Source of the DNA: Actinomycetota bacterium
Lineage (GTDB): Bacteria > Actinomycetota > UBA4738 > HRBIN12
Reading direction: 5' to 3'
DNA: 64,000 bases
NCBI GenBank assembly: GCA_050696355.1
Contig: JBOGVD010000098.1
Coordinates: 20,494-84,493 of the forward strand
Shown: piece by piece, positions 36,698 through 54,655 of the stretch
How the letters are laid out: the number at the start of each line of letters is the position of its first letter
Position numbering within the stretch: the first letter of the stretch is position 1
Made by a program: the position numbers and the translations under genes
Notes under the pieces: generated by a model
Told to the model about the DNA's origin: nothing
Seen by the model: the letters and a program-made list of their open reading frames with translations, nothing else
Databases searched by the model: none

Positions 36698-36707
36698 GGT
36701 CGCGCCG

Positions 36708-37094
36708 ATGTGGAGCGCACGCGACCGCGCGATCCTCGAGGCGCCGAACTTCGCGAGCGTGGCGACCCTGATGCCCGACGGGGCGCCGCACGTCTCGACG
36801 ATCTGGATCGACGTAGACGGTGACGACGTGGTGTTCAACACCTCCGAGGGGCGGGTGAAGACCGCCAACATCGCCCGAGATCCTCGGGTCTCGATCAGCG
36901 TGTTCGACCAGGACGATCCCTACGAGCAGGTCGTGATCCACGGGACCGTCGTCGACGTGACCCGCGAAGGCGCGGACGAGCACATCGACCGGATGGCGAG
37001 GAAGTACCTCGGGCTCGATGCCTACCCGTGGCGCGAGCCCGGCGAGCGTCGCGTGATCGTCCGCATCCGACCGGATCGCAGCTCCAGCGGCTGA
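36708..37094 (+). CDS. PPOX-class F420-dependent (PNPOx-like) small oxidoreductase
   Basis: 128 aa: ...PNFASVATLMPDGAPHVSTIWIDVDGDDVVFNTSEGRVKTANIARDPRVSISVFD... Confidence 0.7.
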   Translation: MWSARDRAILEAPNFASVATLMPDGAPHVSTIWIDVDGDDVVFNTSEGRVKTANIARDPRVSISVFDQDDPYEQVVIHGTVVDVTREGADEHIDRMARKYLGLDAYPWREPGERRVIVRIRPDRSSSG

Positions 37095-37097
37095 CGC

Positions 37098-38279
37098 TCA
37101 GCGGACCGCTCTCGGACGCAGGGACCGCAGACGCTCGCCCGCTTCCTTCAGGGTCTCGAGCCGCTTGCAGAACGCGAACCGGACGAGGTGGGCGCCCAGC
37201 TCCGGTCGCGAGAAGAAGGACGAACCCGGCACGACCGCGACGCCGACGTCCTCGACCATGTGCCTCGCGAACCGCACGTCGTCGGGGAATCCGAAGCCGG
37301 AGATGTCCGCCATCACGTAGTAGGCGCCGGCGGGCGGCTCCACCTCGAACCCGGTCTCGCGGAGAGTCGCGATCCAGAGGTCCCGCCGCTCGCGGTACTC
37401 GTCGGCGGTCCGGCGGTAGTACTCCTCGGGAAGCCCGAGCGCCGCCTCGCCCGCCTCCTGCAGCGGGGCCGGCGCCGCGACCGTGAGGAAGTCGTGGACG
37501 GAGCGGACCCCCCGGGACAGCGGCGCCGGCGCCACCACCCACCCCACGCGCCAACCGGTCACGGCGTACGTCTTCGACAGCGCACTGATCGTCACGGTCC
37601 GGTCCTCGAGTCCCGGCACGGACCCGGGCGGAACGTGCACCGCGCCGTCGTACAGGATGTGCTCGTAGATCTCATCGGTGAACACGACGACCCCCCACCG
37701 CTGGCAGAGCGCGGCGATCACGTCGAGCTCCTCGCGAGAGAACACCTTGCCTGTGGGGTTGTTCGGCGTGTTGATCACGATCCCCCGTGTGCGCTCATTG
37801 AACACGGCCGCGAGCTCGTGCTCGTCGAACGTCCAGTCCGGCGCGTGCAGCGTCACAGTGCGCGGCACCGCGCCGGAGATGATCGTGTCGGGCCCGTAGT
37901 TCTCGTAGAACGGCTCGAAGACGACGACTTCGTCGCCCGGGTCGAGGACGCCGAGCATCGCCGCGATCATCGCCTCGGTCGAGCCGCAGGTGACCGTGAC
38001 GTCCCGCTCGGGGTCGACCCACGTCATCCCGTAGCGGTCGCGATAGGTGCGGGCGAGCGCCTCGCGGAACCCCGCGGCGCCCCACGTGATCGGGTATTGG
38101 TTCACGTCGTCGGCGATCGCCGCGCGAGCGGCTTCCTTGACCTCCTCGGGCGCCGCGAAGTCCGGGAACCCCTGCGAGAGGTTGATCGCGTCGTGGAGCA
38201 TCGCGAGCCGCGTCATCTCGCGGATCACGGACTCCGTGAACGCGTCGGCCTTCTGCGAGGGACGGATCCGATCGGACAT
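37098..38279 (-). CDS. Class I/II PLP-dependent aminotransferase (kynurenine/methionine/aspartate aminotransferase-like)
   Basis: 393 aa from the Met at 38279 (MSDRIRPSQKADAFTESVIREMTRL...). NTPNNPTGKVF and the SKTYAVTGWRVGW PLP-lysine motif. The ORF-finder N-extension to 38492 was rejected. Confidence 0.85.
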   Translation of the reverse strand: MSDRIRPSQKADAFTESVIREMTRLAMLHDAINLSQGFPDFAAPEEVKEAARAAIADDVNQYPITWGAAGFREALARTYRDRYGMTWVDPERDVTVTCGSTEAMIAAMLGVLDPGDEVVVFEPFYENYGPDTIISGAVPRTVTLHAPDWTFDEHELAAVFNERTRGIVINTPNNPTGKVFSREELDVIAALCQRWGVVVFTDEIYEHILYDGAVHVPPGSVPGLEDRTVTISALSKTYAVTGWRVGWVVAPAPLSRGVRSVHDFLTVAAPAPLQEAGEAALGLPEEYYRRTADEYRERRDLWIATLRETGFEVEPPAGAYYVMADISGFGFPDDVRFARHMVEDVGVAVVPGSSFFSRPELGAHLVRFAFCKRLETLKEAGERLRSLRPRAVR

Positions 38280-38323
38280 CGGGCTCGGAGCGTACACGCG
38301 CCGTGCGGGCGAGGTGGCCTCGC

Positions 38324-39565
38324 TCAGGATCCGGGTGCGAGCCGGTACAGACCGCCGCTGAGCGACATCGCGTAGAGCTCGCCGTCCGCGTCCTCGCCGA
38401 ACGCGCTCAGATTCGGGACGACGGGCCCGAGCGCCCGGTGGCTCACGACCCGGCCGCCTTGGATACGGAGCGCCTCGATCCGACCGAGGCACAGATCACC
38501 GAACACATACGCGCCGTACAGAGCGGGGACCGCCTCTCCGCGGTAGACGTAGCCGCCGACCACCGTGCAGCCGCCCTCGTCGTGGGAGTACTCGAACACG
38601 GGCGGGCTCGCCTCCGCGGGGGCGTTCCCGGCGAAGGCGTGCGTCCCCTCCATCAGGTTCCAGCCGTAGTTCTCGCCTCCGGTGGATCCGGCGGGTTGAC
38701 GATCGATCTCCTCCCACGCGTTCTGCCCCACGTCGCCGATCCACAGGTCCCCGGTCAGCCGGTCGAACGAGTACCGCCACGGGTTGCGCAAACCGTACGC
38801 CCAGATCGCCGGCGTCGCGTCGGACCGGCCGACGAACGGGTTGTCCGACGGGATGCGGAATGGAGCCTCGCCCGAGAGGCGCGGGTCGATCCGGAGCATC
38901 TTCCCGAGCGCCGTCGAGAGGGATTGCCCGTTCCCGTGGGGATCGCCACCGCTCCCCCCGTCGCCGAGTCCCACGTAGAGGTAGCCGTCCGGGCCGAAGA
39001 CGAGGTTGCCCCCGTTGTGGTTCGAGTACGGCTGATCCACAACGAGGATGTCCCGTCGAGTGGCGGCGTCCGCCCGGCCACCCCGCATCGCGAATGCAGC
39101 GACGTGCGTGTCGCCATTCGTGTCGGTGAAGTTCACGTAGAGCGCACCTCCATCCGGCGCGAAGGCGAGCCCCAGGAGACCCTGCTCGCCACCGAGCGAG
39201 ACCTCTCCGGAGAGATCGAGGACCGGCGCCGACGCGACGTCCCCGTCACGGATCGCCACGATCTCCCCCGTCTTCTGCGCGACGTACAGCGCGGGATCGC
39301 CGGTGCGGACCGCCATCGCGAGCGGCTGCTCGAGCGACGCGACCTGCACGAGACGGATGCGCACGGCGGCGAGGTTCGGCGGAGCGGGTGATGGATCAGG
39401 GGACGTGGTTGGGGTGGATGTCGGCGATGACACGGGGGTTGCGGTGGTTGCCGTCGGCTCTGGTGAGTCGGACGCGTCTCCGCATGCGGCCAGTGCAGCG
39501 AGGGCCGATATCGCGAGGGCACGCCAACGCGATTCGCCCCGACCGGAGCGAGCCTCCACCACCAT
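38324..39565 (-). CDS. PQQ-dependent soluble sugar (glucose/sorbosone) dehydrogenase lipoprotein, beta-propeller
   Basis: Lipobox LAALAACG followed by a PST-rich linker. SGDH motifs (YSNHNGGNLVFGPDGYLYVGLGDGGSGGDP, NYGWN). Confidence 0.8.
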   Translation of the reverse strand: MVVEARSGRGESRWRALAISALAALAACGDASDSPEPTATTATPVSSPTSTPTTSPDPSPAPPNLAAVRIRLVQVASLEQPLAMAVRTGDPALYVAQKTGEIVAIRDGDVASAPVLDLSGEVSLGGEQGLLGLAFAPDGGALYVNFTDTNGDTHVAAFAMRGGRADAATRRDILVVDQPYSNHNGGNLVFGPDGYLYVGLGDGGSGGDPHGNGQSLSTALGKMLRIDPRLSGEAPFRIPSDNPFVGRSDATPAIWAYGLRNPWRYSFDRLTGDLWIGDVGQNAWEEIDRQPAGSTGGENYGWNLMEGTHAFAGNAPAEASPPVFEYSHDEGGCTVVGGYVYRGEAVPALYGAYVFGDLCLGRIEALRIQGGRVVSHRALGPVVPNLSAFGEDADGELYAMSLSGGLYRLAPGS

Positions 39566-39650
39566 CACCCGATGGTACGAACCTCGTTCCGGATGGGTTC
39601 CTCGCCGTGGCCGGGACCGAAGCACGTCGATCCGTTTGGCAGCTGCTCGA

Positions 39651-40442
39651 TCAGCGCCCGGTGAGCGAGAAGTGCATGTAGTCCTTCAGGGTGTGCCAGT
39701 GCCCGCCCCATGCCCAACCGATCCGTGCGAACGAGCGCACGACGATGTCGCCGTCGTGGATCATCCCCTTCCGCTGGAGCGCGCGGTTGCGGAACGGCTT
39801 CGCGATGTGCCGGAGCACCGAGCCGTCGCCGCGCACGTACGGGTTCTGGAGCGGGTTGATATCGATCGCCCAGCCGTAGGAGTGATGGGACAGGGACGTG
39901 CTCCCCGTCGCGGGCCGGCAGTTGAACGAGGCCGTCACACTCCGCCGGCTCGTGTTCCAGTAGTCCTCCGGTCGCATCGGGCGATCCTTCGCGGCGAGGT
40001 CGACCCTCTCGATCGGGAACCGCGCACGGAACAGGCGCTCGAAGACCCACCGCACGTCGGGCGCGACGCGCTCGTGCAGGACGAGCGGCCCCTTCCGCAC
40101 CTCGCCCGCGAAGTTCCAGTAGCTCACGATCACCACGCGGAGGTCGTGCAAGGGCACCGGGCATCCCGGGGTCCAGTTCCGGCCGATCAAGATGTCGCGC
40201 AGCTTCGGCCCGATCCGGTAGACACCGCCCTCGAACCGAGCAGGACCCTCCTCGGTCTCGAGATCGGACGATCCGACCTGCGGGTCCGAGACGGTATCGG
40301 GGGAAGGCATCTCGGTCGCGACCTCGGGCGGCGGGGCCGGTGGATTCCCCGCGCGGTCGACGCCGGGTGTCTGAGAGCATGCTGCCGCGAGCACGAGGGC
40401 GAGGAGGATGGAGGTCGAGGCGAAGCGCGTCATGACCTCCAT
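39651..40442 (-). CDS. M15-family (VanY/D-Ala-D-Ala carboxypeptidase-like, LAS fold) zinc peptidase lipoprotein
   Basis: 263 aa. Signal peptide with lipobox LAAACS. HSYGWAIDINP ... GWAWGGHWHTLKDYMHFS zinc-binding motifs. Confidence 0.8.
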   Translation of the reverse strand: MEVMTRFASTSILLALVLAAACSQTPGVDRAGNPPAPPPEVATEMPSPDTVSDPQVGSSDLETEEGPARFEGGVYRIGPKLRDILIGRNWTPGCPVPLHDLRVVIVSYWNFAGEVRKGPLVLHERVAPDVRWVFERLFRARFPIERVDLAAKDRPMRPEDYWNTSRRSVTASFNCRPATGSTSLSHHSYGWAIDINPLQNPYVRGDGSVLRHIAKPFRNRALQRKGMIHDGDIVVRSFARIGWAWGGHWHTLKDYMHFSLTGR

Positions 40443-40480
40443 CCTCCCATCGCAGCCGCCCCTGCTCCGAACCTGTATAC

Positions 40481-42465
40481 GTGGAGAGGGGAGTCGAGAC
40501 GGCCAAGCTGACGAGGATCGCGGTCGAGCACGTGTCGCCCGCCGTCGACGGCGGGCTCTTTCCCGCGAAGACCTCCGTCGGCGACGTCGTGCCGTTCGAG
40601 GCAGACGTCTTCGCCGACGGCCACGACCTCCCGGCGGCTCGGGTGCTCCTCCGTCACGACGGCGAGGACTGGCGAGACACGCCGATGGTTCCCCTCGGCA
40701 ACGACCACTGGCGCGCCCAGATCCCCATCCGCGAGACCGGGACGGTCCGTTTCCGCATCGAGGGGTGGATCGACACGTGGGCGACGTGGCGCTCGGATCT
40801 CGCGAAGCGCCTGGCGGCCGGTCAGGACGTCACCGGTGAGATGAAGGAAGGGGCTGCGCTCGTCGGCGCGGCCGCGAGGCGCGCCCGGTCCGCGGGAGCC
40901 GACGAGGACGCCGGCCGGCTCAAGCGGTCGGCCGCTCACCTCCGCCGCAAGGACATCGGTGAGGCCTCGGCGCTCGCGCTGGCCGTCGACCTCGACGCCC
41001 TGATGCACACCTACCCGGACCGGCGGCGTGGCGCGTCCGCGTCGCCCGAGCACGTCGTGGTCGCCGCCCGGGAACGAGCGCGCCACGGCGCGTGGTACGA
41101 GCTCTTCCCGCGCTCGACCTCGCCCGATCCTGCGCGACACGGGACAATCCGCGACGTGGCGGCGCTCGTGCCGGACGTCGCGGAGCTCGGGTTCGACGTG
41201 CTGTATCTCGCGCCGATCCATCCGATCGGCGAGACCAACCGCAAGGGCCCGAACAACGCCATGGCGTCCCGACCCGAGGATCTCGGGAGCCCGTGGGCGA
41301 TCGGCTCCTCGGCGGGCGGCCACACGGCGATCCACCCGGATCTCGGCACCTTCGACGACTTCGAGCATCTCCTCGCGGAGCTGAAGCGGCACGAGATGGA
41401 GCTCGCGCTCGACCTGGCGTTCCAGTGCTCCCCCGACCACCCGTGGGTGACGCAGCATCCGGAGTGGTTCCGGCGCCGACCCGACGGCACGATCCGCTCC
41501 GCGGAGAACCCGCCGAAGCGGTACGAGGACATCTTTCCGATCGACTTCGAGACCTCGGATCAGACCGGGCTCTGGCGGGGGCTGCTGGACGTGGTGCTGT
41601 TCTGGGTCGAGCGAGGGGTCTCGATCTTCCGGGTCGACAACCCGCACACGAAGCCCTTCGCGTTCTGGGAGTGGATGCTGGCGGAGGTGAAGCGGGACCA
41701 TCCCGACGTGCTGTTCCTCTCGGAGGCGTTCACGCGACCGCGCGTGATGGAACGCCTCGCGAAGATCGGGTTCGACCAGTCCTACACGTACTTCGCGTGG
41801 CGGCGGTCCAAGGACGAGCTCACGGTGTACCTGACCGAGCTCACGCAGGGACCGGGGCGGGACTTCCTGCGGCCGAACCTGTGGCCGAACACCCCCGACA
41901 TCCTGACCGACCAGCTCCAGGAGGGCGGCCCGCCCGGGTTCCGGCTGCGCTTCCTGCTGGCGGCCACGCTCGGCGCCAGCTACGGGATCTACGGACCGGC
42001 GTTCGAGCACATGGAGCACCGCCCCCGGGAGCCCGGCTCGGAGGAGTACCTCGATTCCGAGAAGTACGAGCGTCGGTTCCGCGCTCCCGCGGCCGCCACG
42101 GGGATGCGAGAGCTGATCGCCCGGATCAACCGGATCCGCCGGGATCATCCGGCGTTCCAGCACGACCGAACGCTCCGGTTCCACCCGACGGACAGCGACC
42201 AGCTGCTCGCCTACAGCAAGACCCTTCCGGGCGGGAGCGACCCGGTGGTCGTGATCGCCAACCTCGATCCCGTCCATCCCCGGTCGGGGTGGGTCGACCT
42301 TCGCATGCCGGAGCTCGGGATGGCGTGGGACGCGTCCTTCACCGCGAGAGATCTCCTCGGCGGCGAATCCTTCTCCTGGACGGGAGCGAGGAACTTCGTG
42401 GAGCTTCACCCCGGCCATCAGCCCGGGCACGTGCTCGCGATCGAACCCGCGGGGAGCCGGAGGCC

Positions 42466-42469
<4 letters not shown>
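40481..42469 (+). CDS. glgE: Alpha-1,4-glucan:maltose-1-phosphate maltosyltransferase
   Basis: 662 aa. GH13_3 catalytic region (FRVDNPHTKPFAFWEWMLAEVKRDHPDVLFLSEAFTRP). Confidence 0.92.
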
Positions 42470-45806
<3,337 letters not shown>

Positions 45807-45810
<4 letters not shown>

Positions 45811-47884
45811 GGGAGGACCGCCGGGCGCTCCGGGAGCTCGCGCAGCTCTACGACGTCCAGGAGAGCTACCGGAACGTGTTCGGCACGCGCGTGCGCGCCG
45901 GCGTGGAGAGCACGCTCGCGGTGCTCCGCGCGCTCGGTGCCCCGGTGGCCGTGCTCGCGGACGCGCCCGCGGCGCTGCGGACGCGGAAGGAAGCGCTCGC
46001 GCGGCGCGTGCTCGAGCCGGTGATCGTCGCGTGGGACGGCCGCCTCCGCGACGTGAGCGCGCGACTCCCGACCGGGCACGGGGCGGTGCGATGCGCGGTC
46101 GGGCCGGAGAGCGAGGAGCCGTCGAGCTGGGAGACGGTGTCGACCGTCGAGGAGGGTCCCACGACGTCGGGGTTCGTCGAGGTCCGGATCGGCCTGCATC
46201 GGCGGCTCCCACCGGGGAGGCATGCGCTGTGGGTGGACGCCGGGGGGGAGCCGGCGCGCGCCCTCGTGCTGTCCGCGCCGGCCCGCTGCCCCGAGCCGCC
46301 CGAGCGGTGGTGGGGGGTGTTCGCGCCGCTGTACGCCCTCCGGACGCGGGACGACTGGGGCGTCGGGAGCTTCGCGGAGCTCGCGACCTTCCGTCGATGG
46401 GTGGGCGAGCTGGGCGGCTCGGCCGCGGCGACCCTCCCGCTGTTCGCGCAGTTCCTGGACGAGCCGATGGTCGAGCCGAGCCCGTACTCGCCGGCGAGCC
46501 GCCTCTTCTGGAACGAGACGTATCTCGACGTGACCCGGGTCCCCGGCCTGGACGGATGCGACGAGGCGCGGGAGGTGCTCGACGATCCGGCGTTCGGCGA
46601 GCAGATCGCCCGGCTCCGTAAGGCCGACCTCACGGATCACCCCGCGGTCGCCGCGGCGAAGCGACGCGTGCTCGACCCGCTCGCCCAAAGCGCGTTCGCG
46701 GGGACGCCGCCGACCGGCCTCAACGAGTTCGCGCGGGATCCCCGGGCGGCCGACTACGCGCGCTTCCGAGCGGAGGCGGAGCGCCGCAGCGAATGGTGGG
46801 GCGCGTGGCCCGACGCCGAGCGGCAGGGCTCGCTCCCCGGGGACCCGCTCGAGGACGACCGTGCCCGGTATCACCTGTTCGTCCAGTGGGCCGCCGCCCA
46901 ACAGCTCGCGGAGGCGGCCAGGGACGCGCGGGCCCAGGGCGGCCTCATGCTCGACCTGCCGATCGGGGTCAACGGGGCCGGCTACGACGTCTGGCGCGAA
47001 CGGGGATCGTTCGCGCCGGACGTCGCCGCCGGCGCCCCGCCGGATGCGTTCTGGTCGCAGGGGCAGGACTGGGGCGCCCCCCCGCCGCACCCGCACGGCG
47101 CCCGGGAGGCCGGCTATCGCTACCACGACGAGGTGTTGCACACCCTGTTCCGCTACGCCTCCATCGCCCGGATCGATCACGTGATCGGGCTCCATCGCCT
47201 CTACTGGGTGCCGCGCGGAGCCTCGGCGAAGGACGGCGTGTACGTCCGCTACAGGGCCGAGGAGTGGTACGCGCTGCTCTCGATCGCGGCCAACGAGGCG
47301 CAGGCGGTGGTCGTCGGCGAGGACCTGGGGACCGTGCCCGGCTACGTCCGCCCGGCGATGCGAGCGCACGGTCTCCTGCGGACCTTCGTCGCCCAGCGGG
47401 AGGCGGGGCCTGGGGGACTCCCCGAGCCGCCGGCGGAGTCCGTCGCGGCCTTGAACACCCACGACATGCCGACCTGGGCCGGCTTCTGGCGAGGCGCGGA
47501 CGTCCCGCTCCGGGAGGACCTCGGCTTGATCGACCACCCTGAGGCCGGACGGATCCTGGAAGCCCGGCGCGGCATGCGCGGGGCGCTCCCCGCGTCCCTC
47601 CCCGGCAGCGGACTCGCCGCCGACCTCGACGGCGAGGATCCCCGCGCGTCCTTGGAGGCCTCGCTCGAGCATCTGGCATCGAGCCGGGCCGCGATCGTGA
47701 TGGCCTCGCTGGGCGATCTGCTCCTGGAGTCGGACCCGCAGAACGTGCCCGGGACGGGATCGGAGCGCCCGAACTGGCGGCGCCGGTACCCGTGGACCCT
47801 CGACGAGCTCCGGCGACGTCCGGAGGTGGGATCGATGCTCGAACGCATCGACCGTGCCCGGCGGGGTGGAGGGAGCGCCCCAGC

Positions 47885-47888
<4 letters not shown>
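45807..47888 (+). CDS. malQ: 4-alpha-glucanotransferase (amylomaltase) with N-terminal extension
   Basis: 693 aa from ATG 45807 (ATGA overlap with treS). GH77 motifs (WGVFAPLYALR, DLPIGVNGAGYDVW, IDHVIGLHRLYWVP). Confidence 0.88.
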
Positions 47889-51899
<4,011 letters not shown>

Positions 51900-51903
<4 letters not shown>

Positions 51904-52292
51904 GCCTGCAAGGCCTCCCGCGCCCGGTCGTTGTCGCTGGTCACGAGCACCGCACGATCCCCCGTCGCGAGATACGCCACCGAGATGTTGACCCCGGCCG
52001 ACGCGACCTTGGCCGCCATCCGACCGAGCGATCCCGGCCGGCTCGCCTCCGCCGCCGTGAGATCGATCACGACGGCATCGGCTTCGCCCTCCACCTTGAG
52101 GTCGGCCAGGATCAGCGCGTTCTGCGCCACCATCGCGTTGTCGACCAGCACGTGGACGACGCCGGTCCCGTCGTGGGTCGTGGCGCTGAACCCCTGGATC
52201 GCGACCCCCGCGTCGCCCAGCGCTTCGCCCAGATGCGCGAGCTGGCCGGCGCGGTTGTCCAGCAGAACGGTCAGGTCGGTCGCCATCGTCAT
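51900..52292 (-). CDS. ACT-domain small-molecule-binding protein
   Basis: 130 aa with two ACT-like beta-alpha-beta-beta-alpha-beta units (MATDLTVLLDNRAGQLAHLGEALGDAGVAIQG...). Its stop overlaps the glgX stop by 4 nt, convergently. Confidence 0.6.
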
Positions 52293-52460
52293 CCTCCCCT
52301 GTCGCGTCAGATCCGAGGCGCGGAAGGTCCCCGGTGGATGACGGTGTACGCCCGGCGCAGGATCGCGTCAAGCCCCGGAGACGCGATCGCGATCGTCCGT
52401 CCTCGTGGGAAGCACCACGCTGGGGGTTTCCGGCGGCCGACCGGCCGCCCGTAGGTCCTA

Positions 52461-53618
52461 TCAGCCGACGCCTTCGGGAGGTGGCTCCTCGTCGGGTTGC
52501 GGGGCGGGCACGGAGTCCGGCGGGTTCTTCACCTGCGTGCGCGGCGACGCGATCTCCACCTCGAAGGCGAGGGCCGCCGGCGCATCGCGAGCACGTCCGT
52601 CGACCGCGTAGAGGTCGATGCGGTCGCCGCAGCCGCCGGCGGCGACGAGCAACGTCGACCGGTCGAGCCAACCCAGCGCCTCCGTGGGTCGCGACTCGCC
52701 GGGCAGGGCCGTCCTCGTCTCGCCTCCGGACAGGATCAACGCCCGGCGCCCTGCACAGGCCGCACCCTCCGTCACGGCCTGGAGGGGGCCCGCCGGGGGA
52801 AGCCTGAGGCCGCCGGCGACGGTCCCCCGCTCCCCCCGCCAGGCGGTCCCGAACCCCGTCCGGGTTTCGAGGCGCATGAAGTGCAGCTCCGGATATCCCT
52901 CCGCGTGCTCGGCCGTCCACCATAGGGTCTCCCCCTTCGGCGAGAAGGCGAGCGCGGTGAACGTCGTGCCGCGCTTAGAGAAGATGAGGCGCTGGGGGTC
53001 CTCCCCTTCGTTCGTGGACAGCCAGATCTCCTGGCCCGCATCTGTCTCGATGACGAACGCCAGCGCCAACCCGCTCGGGTGGTACGCCACCTCCAGGTAG
53101 TCCCCGGGCGGCATCGATGTCAGCCGGCGCACCCGCCCGTCGTCGACGAACCGCTTCCTCGGATCGCCCTTGCCGTCGGCGAACGCCACCGCGAGGCCGA
53201 GCGGATGCCCCCAGTCGAAGGCGCCGAGCCCCACGTCGATCGTCGGGAGGTCGGGCGCGGCGCCGCCGACGCCACGGATCTCGAAGTCACCCAGCAGCAC
53301 GCGATCGCCCTGCGGTCCCCACGCGAAGGGCCCGGCATCCTCGACCGGGAACAGGCAGGCGAGATCAGCGGTCTCGGGGTCGAGGGCCCAGGCACGGCCG
53401 TCGGCGACGAACGCCACGGTCTGGGAGGCGAGCGCGCCGCTCGTGCATCCCTCGGGAAGCGGCGTCCCGTCGGCCAGGCGAGCGCCGGTCGGAACCACGG
53501 ACGGGGACTCCGTCGGCTCCGGGGACGGTGACGGTGACGGTGAGCCGTCGTCGCCCGGCGGCTGCGTGCATGCGCCGAGGACCAGCGCCGCCGTCAGCAC
53601 GAACCGGGTCCATCGCAT
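52461..53618 (-). CDS. Secreted lipoprotein, probable beta-propeller (TolB/WD40-like) of unknown function
   Basis: Signal peptide plus lipobox LVLGACTQ, a Pro/Ser/Glu-rich linker, then repeated beta-strand-rich segments. The Met at 53618 is the preferred start; the ORF extends to 53663. Confidence 0.5.
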   Translation of the reverse strand: MRWTRFVLTAALVLGACTQPPGDDGSPSPSPSPEPTESPSVVPTGARLADGTPLPEGCTSGALASQTVAFVADGRAWALDPETADLACLFPVEDAGPFAWGPQGDRVLLGDFEIRGVGGAAPDLPTIDVGLGAFDWGHPLGLAVAFADGKGDPRKRFVDDGRVRRLTSMPPGDYLEVAYHPSGLALAFVIETDAGQEIWLSTNEGEDPQRLIFSKRGTTFTALAFSPKGETLWWTAEHAEGYPELHFMRLETRTGFGTAWRGERGTVAGGLRLPPAGPLQAVTEGAACAGRRALILSGGETRTALPGESRPTEALGWLDRSTLLVAAGGCGDRIDLYAVDGRARDAPAALAFEVEIASPRTQVKNPPDSVPAPQPDEEPPPEGVG

Positions 53619-53667
53619 CGCTCCGCGACCGTACACCCGGTCCGCGGCGCGGGCGAGAGCCATCCGC

Positions 53668-54464
53668 CTAGAGGTCGCCCCGGAGGCCCCAGAGCTCGGG
53701 GAAGAACCGCTTGTCGAGCGTCGACCGAAGGTAGGCGACGCCGGACGAGCCGCCGGTCCCCCGCTTCGCGCCGATCTCTCGCTCCACCATCAGGACGTGG
53801 AGCGATCGCCAGCGAGCGACGTTCTCGTCGTGGTCCAGCAGGGCCTCGGAGACGGCGAACAGCTCGCGTTGCTCGCGAGCCATCGCCACGAGCGACGCCG
53901 ATCGCCGCTCCTCGTCGTCGGCCGGCATCGGCAGATCGTTGGACGCGAGGAGCGAACAGAAGCCGTCCCAGAGCGTCGGTTCCTCGAGCCGGCGCCGGAG
54001 ACGGTCCCGCTCCTCGGAAGCGGCGGCGAGATCGTCGAGGAGCCGTTCGTCCTTCAGGCCGCTGAGGAACTCCAGCTCCCGGAACTGGGCGGACTGGAAC
54101 CCCGAGGCCGGGGCCAGGTGGTCGCGGAACGCGAGGAAGTCCTGCGGCGACATCGTCTCGAGCACCTCGATGTGCTCGATCAGCACGCGTTCGATCGCGT
54201 GGACCCGCGTCAGGTAGTGACGCGTGCGTTCGGTGTCGCCGGCGAAGAGACGGTCGCGGACCGACCCCAGCTCGAAGAGCAGCTGCTTGAACCAGAGCTC
54301 GTAGGCCTGATGCACGACGATGAAGAGCAGCTCGTCGTGCACGGGCGGCTCGGAGCGGAGCTGCTGGATCGACAGGAGCTCCGGGAGCCTCAGGTAGCCG
54401 CTGTAGGTCAGGAGGCCCGCGTCGGCGTCGCTGGTCCGGCCGAACCGGCGCTGCGTCCCGTCCG
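53668..54464 (-). CDS. kynA: Tryptophan 2,3-dioxygenase
   Basis: Conserved TDO core (LTYSGYLRLPELLSIQQ...HDELLFIVVHQAYELWFKQLLFEL...FRDHLAPASGFQSAQFRELE). GTG at 54464 is the likely start; the longer ORF to 54762 is judged an artefactual extension. Confidence 0.85.
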
Positions 54465-54655
54465 TCACGTCCCCGAGCCTAAGCCACGCGTTCCCTCGAG
54501 GGGTACCCGCTCGGTGGCCGAACCCATATCCTGGGGAGGCCTCGCGGAGGGAGGCAGCGCTGGACGAGATCGAGGGGATCGAGGAACGGGTCGAGCGTCG
54601 GGATCCCCGAGCGCTCCCCTCGAACGATGCCGAGTCCACCGATCCCTCCGCGCTC

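Noticed and set aside
38279-38492. N-terminal extension of the aminotransferase ORF to 38492 (and similar extensions of SGDH to 39625, tatD to 19303, TDO to 54762)
   Set aside because: Extensions are Arg/Pro-rich and precede the conserved N-terminal motifs. Internal Met/GTG starts fit family alignments better.
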